Origin: Paraglomus brasilianum
Lineage: Eukaryota
Reading direction: 5' to 3'
Length of the DNA stretch: 60,822 bases
Assembly (NCBI GenBank): GCA_910592345.1
Contig: CAJVPI010000074.1
Coordinates: 1 to 60,822, forward strand
A program made the position numbers and the translations under genes. Below, piece after piece: positions 51,200 through 60,822 of this stretch. Each line of letters begins with the position of its first letter. The first letter of the stretch is position 1. The notes beneath the pieces were generated by a model. That model was not told the origin of the DNA and did not search any database. It was given only the letters and a program-made list of their open reading frames with translations.

Positions 51200-52677
51200 T
51201 CAGTTAATGAAAGATAAAGGATTGTCCAAAGACGATTGTAGTTCGGGAAACGCTTCTAAATGTGTATCATCACGGTAGAGGGAGAGGAATGTGTCTGTAC
51301 CATGACCCTCCATTGACACAAACGAAAGATCACCACCAAAATCTAATCAGCAAGGTCAAACAAATTATTAGTCAACACTCTAGTCGAAATCTCGCTCATC
51401 CCCTTACCCATCAATTTCGATATACTTACATCGTGCAATAACTCTAGCAACCGGCAAACTCATGCCAACACCACTACCAAATGCATGTTCTTTCTCTTGT
51501 CCATCCGCCTCCTCGGCTTCATCACATACAAAGTAACTCCATGAATCATTCATTGCTGACATTGGCATACCACCTCCGCGATCGGATATTTTTATTGTTA
51601 TATCCTGTGCACCCTGGGCTATTAGTATTGATATTGGCGGAACGCTAGCAGTTGGGTTTAGCGATTGGTGGGGAGCCAACGAAGATATAAAGGAAGAAAA
51701 GAGTGACCGGCGAGGTTGAGAAGATATAGAAGATGATGGATCAGGAAGAGAGGAATGTGGAGCCTGGTGTTGCATTGTAGTGCGAATCGATTTCTTGAGC
51801 AGTTCGTAGAGAATGCTGTGAAGGTGCTCTTCGATGTGAGTTGTTGTTACAGTCGGGTCTGTCGCAATTAATTCAATTTCGGGTGCTGGACGGCTATGAT
51901 TTATACAAACAAAAAGTTGGTCGATTAGACACATATTAACAAACATATGAATACGCGTTGATTCGGACACTGTCTATTTAACGTTCCTTCACTGTTAGTC
52001 TGAGCAACGTGTGCAAATTTGCATGTCTGCTATACTTACTTGTATCGTTGTTCGCAATAAATTTTAGCATCTCTAAGCGCTCGCTCGGTCACATCTTTCG
52101 GTGAGATCCTCGTAACCAAGTTCTTCTCGTCATGTAAAGCTAGATGTTGGGCCATAAGTAATCTTGTTCCCAGAGTCATGGTATAGAAACTATCCCAAAG
52201 TTCTCTTGTTTCTTCTATGTCTAAATGTTTGATCTTTTCTATCCCGTTCATGTCTACAATTTCTCTAAATGCTTGTCTTAATGATAATAAATTCTTTCTG
52301 TGTTCTTTCTTTAATAGCCTTAAAACGTTGGTGAATTCTTCTTCTTTTGTTTTATTGTCAGGCTTAGATGTACTCATAAGAATGCTAATGTAGTCATGGT
52401 ATTGCTGAGTGAATTTCTTAAAAGTAGGCAGAGAGGTGAATGCCTGAGGCACCAAAGGTGATTGAAGTATTTTGAGTGTTTGAGATAGACGTATGGGTAA
52501 TTCAGCATGGAGAAATTGAGCTGGGATAAGATATCTTCCTTGGGAGGAAGAATCCAATACATGACGACCTATAGTATATAGATGAGAGAGAGAAACGCGA
52601 GTAGGACGCTGGATTGATAGTTTCGTAAGTGCTTCGCGAGGAACAGCGCGTATTACGGAAGTCGGAACTGGAGCCAT
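51200..52677 (-). CDS. PDK/BCKDK-family (GHKL) mitochondrial-type kinase, atypical N-box; 3 exons
   Basis: PTRVSL..AQFLHAELPIRL; FYTMTLGTRLLMAQHLAL; YELLKKS; ISDRGGGM; LPVARVIARYFGGDLSFVSMEGHGTDTFL. Stop at 51200-51202. Confidence 0.88.
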
Positions 52678-55600
52678 GTCGATTAAGAGCGGGGAGGAGA
52701 GAAAACAATTGAATTTGAAAAGATATAAGAAGTTTTGCTAACAATGAACAGTGTTGCGCGAGACGTCTTCGTTGGAGGTTTTCGATGTTGGATATATATA
52801 TATATATATATGTATGTTATATATATTAATCCCATGTAATAATATGTTTAACATTAAGGGGTATGACGTTACTCCTGCATAATAATTTAATAATAGTTTA
52901 AATATACAATACCAATATATTATGGTGCGCCACTTTAACGTCATTGGCCCGAATGAATAACGAGATTGACGAACCTATTTTGAAAACCTGTTTATTACTA
53001 TTATATTTATCGTATGAGTCATCGTCAAAAATGTCAAAAAAAAAAAACGCCCAAACACTTAACGAGTGGGGGTCTCCGCCTCGTATGATGACAAAGTTTA
53101 TGTTGTATCACCTAATATTTTAGCTTTTTTTTTTTCCACAATGCTCGACACATGTGAAGGGGATAACCCCCCCATTTTGTAAATGGGCCAGCTAGAAATA
53201 TCAACTTGCATAGCCATGATAGGATCTTGCAATAGAAACCGAGTTACCCTGACTATGTCTCGGGGTAGCACGACCATATTTACTTTTGTGGTACGCAGAC
53301 CTGAAACCAACAAATCACCAAGTTTTTCACGGTAGAAATAATAGTAACGACAAACACTTTATGTGCACTCTTCGTTTCGTAACAACATTACATAGCGTTG
53401 CATGCAAAATTCACTAAATCTCAAGGATTGAATTGAATGCTTACTCGCTGTTTCAATCCACATTCTCATCATTTCAAGATTTGTATAGTCTGTTCAAACA
53501 TTGAGGTTTCGAGGTTTCGATGTTCAAACATGGAATGTTTATTCGATTGCAATACAACCAATGCTCCTAAAAGCTGTCAAGACTGTATATCGAATTGATT
53601 GTCTGTCAAATTTACTAATTTGTTCTTTATTTCCAAATCTTGGATAGCGAATAGTTTTCTTTTTGAACTACGATAAATTCTCTCGTAATAACATGTTAAA
53701 GACGAGAATATACATTTGCCTTAACTTAAAGTTGGTGATTCGTTATCTCATCTTTTTGGCAAGACTGGCGTTTATTCACAATTATTCTGTCAACGCGTGA
53801 GTAGTGAGGAGTTGATGTTAACAAAGATTCGATAATCAATGAACGTCGATAACGCGTCCGATATAATCTTCTAAAGACATGCACAATTGCTCTGGTATTC
53901 ACGAAATGTTAATTGCGAGATTCCGCTATTTGCTCAGCCATTTGAAAACTTCGTCTAATAATGCTGTGAAAAATCCGTGTCGCTTACCCCAAAGTCTTTC
54001 TTGTTGCTAATGCTGCAGCTAGTAATGATGTTATTCCGCTTGAACGACTGTGATATATGGATACAGTAGTTTCAACATTGCGGTAAGGTTTAATTATCGC
54101 ATAATTAATTTACAGCGAATCCTTTACAACGTCAAATACCAAAAATTATACCCCCTGAAGACTCAATGAAATCAGGGGTGCACTTGCTTGAATTCCGGGT
54201 TAGCTTGACCCCTGAACTCTTTTAGCATAGTAATCATGTGTCCATCTACACTTAAACATTATCATCAATAAACATTATTGCCTTCAGCATCTCGTCTTTT
54301 GAGATATATGCAAACATTTCGGACTTGTGATCGCCGATCGTTTGCCAATGAAATTAAACATGTCTGCAAGTTGAATGATAATCTATAAAGAATAATCTTT
54401 ACTAATGATTTTTGAAACATTGGTTCTTTATTATTATTATTATTTTCCATCTGTTTCCCGGGCATATAATTATCCGATAGTATGTTGTGCTCCTCACGAG
54501 AGCGATGTTCACATGATTGATGGCAATTACTTGCTAGAAAATTCATTCGGACATTTGCATTATTTGCTGGCGAGGGCGAAGGGTTGAATAATATGACAAA
54601 TGGTGAGACTTGTAGGTATAGGTACGACCAAGAACCTGCATTTTCGTGGAAGGGGTTCGTATGGCTAATGTAAATAGATGTAACGCATTATAGATTCTTA
54701 TTAATATTACAACTCACTGTCTTTGTCACATTGCCTAGTTAGCCATCATCATCAACACAACACCATCAATAATCATCATCATCATCATCATCAGCCTCAA
54801 CAACAACGTGATCATAATATCAATATTCAGTATTTTGTATAATTCTTTTATCTTGTGATACTTAATTGAAGTAGAAAACTGTAAGATGTTTTTTTTTTAT
54901 CTATCTTTTGTAGTGGGATGGATGTCTAAGATATCAATATGCAGAGATGAATCAATAATAATTAGCCCGCAAGGCTTGAATTCTATTAAAAGAATTCCAT
55001 AACCTCTCTTGGTACTTAATTACTGTATTTGATGGTGGATGAGAATTACACATGTCATATGAGTTGTACCAAAAATCTAGCCTATTTTACTATATATGGT
55101 TGTTCACATTGAATTTTGCGAGTACAATACTACAATTACTTATTATAACATAGTGAGCCCGTTTTATTGCAAACCGCTGTAACAACATGGAGAGTTTTGA
55201 TTTTGAATAGGTTGGTAGAGTTCTATTTATGCACCAATCAGAAATATCATAAATAGACGCAATATATTCTAAGCCTAATCTGATGTGAATTTTGGCAATT
55301 ATAAATTGAAATTCCGACAACTGTGCTACAACTTAAAAATCGAAAATATGACCTAGTTTGGACTATAAATATCTGCGATATTACATCATTCGGTGACTGA
55401 CGATGATCCTATGATCTAATTGTGTAGATCAATTAGAACAACATCTATTGCTATACTAATGCGTAAAATATAATTTATTTATCCTTACCCCTGGTATCAC
55501 CCAAAGCGCGCGCCATAATCACAGATTCATCGCTTCATGTATTTAGGTAGCATTACCCGCGAAAGTAACTTGGATCAACTTGTTGGCGTGATAAATAATG

Positions 55601-56292
55601 GATTGCAAGAAGAGAATGTGACTAGTTATACATAGAATGAGCAGACATCATTCATTCATATATATAGTAATAGCCAAATTGGTATTTACAATCGAAGGTA
55701 ACTTTTCCTGTTAAGATGCTAATCGGATTCAACCAATTGTAGGACCCAGATGCTAGCCAGAGCACAAATTGATCTTGATAAACAAAGCCTGCGATTTCGT
55801 ACTTTAGAGTTATCTTGTATCACCGAATAAATTGGACGGCCATAGAAATTCTGCATGGACTGTCGGAATTAGCTATTCTAATGACAATGATCACAATACA
55901 TGCGAACAAGTCGGAATCGGGATCTGTGGTATTAAAATCATGACTCCTTCAATCACAAAAATTCTTCTCCACATAGTTAGATCAATTTTATCTTCACCTC
56001 CGACAAAAGAGTGTGACTATAGACAGGATTGACTGCCCCCACTTGAATTCCCAGCCTCCAACTTTGACTCTCCCTATTCTAATCTACTTTACACTCGAAT
56101 ATATCCAACCTTGAACAGACATCGTTTATTGCAAGCATTGACGCTGTTTGTTACAAAATGTTCACGTGCCCCATTCCGATCAGCAGGTAAGACAGTCAAC
56201 TACGTCGCTGTATTACACAACAAATCATGCCATTTCTATATTTAAATATTCGCCGATTATTTTCTTCATTTGGTTACGGGCCACATAATAAA

Positions 56293-56584
56293 ATCAGGCC
56301 ATTCATCAGGCATCAGGCCATACATCAGGCATCAGGCCATACATCAGGCCATACATCAGGCCATACATCAGGCCATACATCAGGCCATACATCAGGCCAT
56401 ACAGCCATACATCAGGCCATACAGCCATACATCAGGCCATACAGCCATACATCAGGCCATACATCAGGCCATACATCATCAGCCATACAGCCATACATCA
56501 GGCCATACATCAGGCCATACATCATCAGCCATACAGCCATACATCAGGCCATACAGCCATACATCAGGCCATATATCAGGCCAC
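56293..56584. repeat. Minisatellite of CATCAGGCCATA (12 nt) and CAGCCATA (8 nt) units
   Basis: Directly visible array. It generates the spurious HTSG/HQAI/PYIR repeat ORFs in the track. Confidence 0.95.
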
Positions 56585-56911
56585 AATAATAAAATCAGTC
56601 TATTGTCAAAAAAATTTAGTTTCACAATGTTAAACATTTGTTTAAAGCAAAAAAAATGATGTTCTTTTTCGATATTTTGGTACAGAAGTTGCTGTTCACT
56701 GTTGTGCCACGTTTTAATGTAATCCTGAATAGTTGGAGTGCAGTTGTGTCAGAAAAACAATGTCTTTTTCCAATTATTATTAATATTATTTCAAATTGCG
56801 TAATTTTTTATTCTGAGGTACCGCGTAATAATTAACGTAGACCTTTATATCACATTACTTCAAAGTGTTCTACTATATTTCGATTGGAGTAGTAATGTTG
56901 TGTCTGAGTTT

Positions 56912-56987
56912 GGGACCTGTCTCAGTTCGGAACCCAGCCACTCAGTCCGGAACCCAGTTGTCTCAGTCCAGAACCGAGACAGGTCCC
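56912..56987. repeat. Miniature inverted repeat with internal direct repeats
   Basis: GGGACCTGTCTCAGTTC / GAACCGAGACAGGTCCC match at 16 of 17 positions, with three CTCAGTYCRGAACC units within the element. Confidence 0.7.
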
Positions 56988-57624
56988 CAACTGAGGTACA
57001 CCAAATTACAAATATTGATTATATGATAGTATTCATATTATCTCGGCAGTTGACTAGGTGATTCTACCGTGTCCAGTGCGTATGTTCAATGAAGATTGAA
57101 GGCTTGGTTAATATTCGATAAAAGTATAGAATAAAAGAGAGTGCAAATAAGTTCGGTCTTCTCTTATTATTTTCCATTGTTCGTTGGTTGCTATTCATAG
57201 CTATATCTGGCCGGATACTATTAATCAATAAAGAATCAATTGCTTGTTAAACTATGGTGAGCGTGTATCTCTTTTACGTAACAATACATTGTAAATATAG
57301 ATAATATGGTGTACACATCCGATTGTTCTAAATTTCAAAACAATAAACTATGTTTAAAAAATTGTATTAGGTCCTATGACTCTTATACTTTCTAACAGCA
57401 AATCCAGCCTGCCCTATAGCACCTTTACTAAAACAATAAACATCCTTAATCATATCATCTGTTGCTGTATTATAAAAAGGGATTCTAGTTTTCTTCCCTT
57501 TTCTGAACAAGCTTACGGCAGAGTTGTGTGCGTTTGTAGGTCTACCAATCGTTAAAAAGCGAGATTTCTGTTTCAGCGAATCTTTATTCACAGATAGCGC
57601 AACATATTATTTCTATTTAGTTAA

Positions 57625-57944
57625 GGCCTTAAGACATGGGCAGCACTAAGATTAAATTTACACAAAAGGATATTTCAATCATACAAGTCAACCAAACTTT
57701 CAACAGTTGTATCTCAACCCACAGGTAATATTTGTCAACTTTCTAAAGATTATTTGTTAGCATTTATCAAGAAGAACAAAATGACGTTCTTAAAAATTAA
57801 ATTATTAATACAGAAATGCTTGTATTATTCTTTGAAAAGCATTTTGTTGGATGTGTACTTGTGTCCCAGCGTCAATTACAAAGGATCCTGTAAAAGAGAG
57901 ACTTAACCTAGTCTATAGGAAGCGGACGGCAAATGATTAAGGCC
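57625..57944. mobile_element. Putative non-autonomous TIR element (TTAA-flanked, Kolobok-like)
   Basis: TTAA|GGCCTTAA ... TTAAGGCC|TTGA. The left about 220 bp has a diverged second copy starting TTAA|GGCCTTAA at 59889. Confidence 0.45.
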
Positions 57945-58242
57945 TTGAGTGAGGCAGAACTACGGCTAATAATTCAAGGTTTTCAGGCGCTAGTAGACCG
58001 TGAATTAAGGCTCGTGTCACCGAATGATATTCGCGATCTTACTACGAAACTAAGCATTAGATAATGTCTCGAACTCGTGATGTGGAAAGCATAACAATCT
58101 TTTTCGTTATTTATATTATCTCAGCAGTTGACTAGGTGATGGCCAACTAAATATTAATAAAATAATATTGGTACATCAAACTTAAACTAAAATTTCATGC
58201 CCAATTATTATGTAAGTTTTCGAGAAAATTTAAGTACCAAAC

Positions 58243-58271
58243 TGTCCGGAGACTTTTGTCTACCCACTGTA
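58243..58271 (-). mobile_element. Solo Tc1-type TIR
   Basis: The minus strand reads TA|CAGTGGGTAGACAAAAGTCTCCGGACA. No partner TIR was seen. Confidence 0.45.
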
Positions 58272-59892
58272 CTAGAGTTTACACAACAGATGGAGTTGAT
58301 TAATCTCCCGTAATGCAGAGACTTCATCGGAAAATAAATAACAATGTGATTCTTCATATACCTAAACTCTCATAATAATAAGGGTCCCCCTTCATCATAT
58401 AAGGGGGCTCTTATTCATGAGATGTTTGGTTGTGGCTTAAAAACGATCTACGAAACAATGTCTCTACTATTACATAATCACGAACTGAACTAGTGGTGAT
58501 AAGAGGGTGTGGGTGACAACATTACAGGCCTTATTCTTTTATCTTATTCATGGTGGACCCTTATTTTACCCAAGGTTTGATAGAATTGAAAGTATATTTA
58601 CAAGCTTTGTGATTCGATAATGTGAGACTTTATTTCCAGGTCACTTCTCCATGCTGAGCTATCCTGACCACTATGATTAACACGTACTGTTATTTGACTC
58701 GACATGGTTTTGTATTTATGTAATTTTCAACAACATGTAAAAAAGTTCGGTGAAATATAAATTGAAACAACCCGCTGCTATGATGTAGCCTTAGCCAAAG
58801 TATATGTAATTACGATAATTCAATAAGTTCTGTTACTACATTGATTAAGTCTCTCTAATAAAAGACCTGCTAACATGCATGTTAAATCTGCTGTAAAGGT
58901 CCCTTCTGTTAAGTCGTTCGTATTAGTATTAGACCATAATACAAATTTATCTAGTAGTAGATGCTATTGTAAAATTATAGTTAAAAGTTTATCAGTTAAA
59001 ATAAACGATATATAAAAATGCTGAAACGGACCTTCTATGATTAGGTTACGTAGCCATGGTCAATATTACCAAAGAGAAAGTACCATATTTCATAATAAAC
59101 CGTGTGCATGTACATTGCATCTTGTGTTTTTCCTATCTATATATTTTCCATTATTTCAACCTATACGTCTCGTCGCTTTGATAGGATATAATACAACAAC
59201 TTTCTAGTGTCTTTTACGATAATCATATCCGATAGCCAAGGACTTGGAAATAATCGGGAAACTTTTATGGAATATCTAACTTTTGAAAGGTACATGTCTT
59301 CGAGCCGTAGATCTTTTGGTTGCGAATTATTTTCAAGTCATCGTCATCAATCCTTAAGACGCAAGAAATGTCACGGCGCCATTTTCACTAGAGGTGGTTT
59401 CAGGTGTATTCGACATGGAGTTCCGTTCGGTAAAGCGTTAATCTGGGCGTTAAAATGACCGAATTCAGCATTATCCGGCAGCCCGACACGTCGTATGGTG
59501 AAGGACACAAGTACGCATCAATTTTCAAGGGGAAATTATTACTAAATATGTCAATGATACACTCATAATTTCAAATTCTCTAAAATCGTATATTTTTTGA
59601 CAGCAAATTCTGCCTGTGGTCCAATCCATAAATCGTTTGGACCTGACTGCATATTTTCGTGTCGTCTGCAGAGAAATCGAATCAAATGCAGATGGAAGAG
59701 TTTCCTTCAAATTATTACAAGTGTAATTGCAATATTTCTCTTAACAGCGCCCCAAATTGCTCAATAAAATTTAACTCAGGATGAAATTTGGGATAGAAGA
59801 TAACTTGCTCTCAATTCCCCATTGTCAAAGAACGAGAAAATTTTGTTTGCAGATCATCTTTTAGTGTAACAAATCATTTCCATTGTTGTTAA

Positions 59893-60130
59893 GGCCTTAA
59901 TAAATCGGCCTGAATGAAGATTAAATTTGCCCAAAAAGGTTGTTTCAAATTTCGGTTAATCATATAAACTAAATATAAATTAACAAACTTTGAAAAGTTA
60001 TATCTCAAGCCACAGGTAATCTTTGTCAAATTTCTAAACGTCAATTGTTAATATTTATCAAGAGAAACAAATTGACGGTTTTAAAATTTGAATTATTAAT
60101 ATACAGAAATGCTAGTATTTTTCTTTGATA
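59893..60130 (+). repeat. Second, partial copy of the 57625 element
   Basis: Shared blocks AAGATTAAATTT.C.CAAAA, TATCTCAA.CCACAGGTAAT.TTTGTCAA.TTTCTAAA, TTTATCAAGA and ACAGAAATGCT. Confidence 0.75.
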
Positions 60131-60536
60131 TTTCCCAACTCATCAGAAATTGAAAGAGAAGAGTGAAGTGTTTAAGTTCCGCTGTAAATAGTTGAGAAGC
60201 CTGGCACGTATGCTAAAAGAAGGAGATACTGATTATTAAAGTATTTCATTCTTATAAGTTAACAATATTATCAGTCCAGCTGTTTTCATATAGATCTAGT
60301 TCTAGAACAGGAACTTGATCTAGAACTTGATCGATTAAAAATTGCCTTTGAGATCTGTTACCATAACGTATATGGGATTCGATGTTATTATTTTTATTCC
60401 ATAACAGTACAGATGAACGACTTCTTAGTTCGCTATGTATTAATTAATTAACTAATGAATCCTACTGTTTGTGATCCAAAAAAATTCTGCCTGTCACACA
60501 TCTTGTTCAATTAACTAATGAAGAAAATTTTCTTCC

Positions 60537-60734
60537 ATGCCCAAAATATTAATAACTATGTCGTCCGCTCCAGGTGTTGTTAAGGATATTCATAATCAAG
60601 CAATTGAAAACTTGCTTCAATCCTTCGTGGAAAGTCAATCTGTCGTATGGATTCCTTGTTCCGAAATCACTGATATTAAGTCAACTCCAATAGACGCTGT
60701 CCACTATGCTAGGCGCAAAAAACGCTTAATATAA
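60537..60734 (+). pseudogene. Possible N-terminal fragment of an expanded protein-kinase-like family
   Basis: NQAIENLLQ..VVWIPCSEITDIK..VHYA resembles the 'N..ID..IQ..EWIPY..F.DI' segment preceding tyrosine-kinase-like domains in Glomeromycotina (recalled, not searched). The frame stops before any catalytic motifs. Confidence 0.35.
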
Positions 60735-60822
60735 CGCTGGTATCACTTGGAAATGATGAGATATGTACACCAACACTTGTGAGTGAGTTTGCTAGAATAT
60801 ACTCACTTCCAACACACAAGTA

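Noticed and set aside
55560..56030. Possible Ty3/Gypsy protease remnant (MLIG..AQIDLDKQSLRF)
   Set aside because: No catalytic D(S/T)G motif, RT or LTRs were found; too degenerate.
56227..56659. His-rich repeat proteins in the ORF track
   Set aside because: They are by-products of the minisatellite, with no signal peptide or coherent gene structure.

Overview
AT-rich, intron-containing eukaryotic DNA from a fungus. Gene style, short GT-AG introns and repeat families suggest an early-diverging lineage (Mucoromycota/Glomeromycotina-like; this is an inference). A compact housekeeping core spans about 8.5-43.5 kb: midasin MDN1/REA1 (+), GPI1/PIG-Q (-), SEC3 (+), an HSDL2-like short-chain dehydrogenase (-), a stomatin-like SPFH gene (+) and proteasome alpha-2 PRE8 (-). 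A PDK/BCKDK-family kinase (-) lies at 51.2-52.7 kb. The flanks are rich in MITEs, Tc1/pogo and integrase relics, minisatellites and pseudogenes. Manual splicing revealed two genes that the ORF track shows only as fragments. One is a 155-aa small secreted protein (4160-4820, -). The other is a 91-aa two-TM protein (28235-28710, -) that ends only 109 bp upstream of the GPI1 ATG; a further canonical intron after its stop codon splices it onto the GPI1 first exon, making this a candidate bicistronic or large spliced-uORF locus. Other notable points are an N-box Asn-to-Lys change in the PDK-like kinase, a decayed bHLH pseudogene, a very short AAA4 insert and a recent 132-bp duplication in midasin. 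All assignments come from reading the sequence and recalled family motifs; no searches were run.
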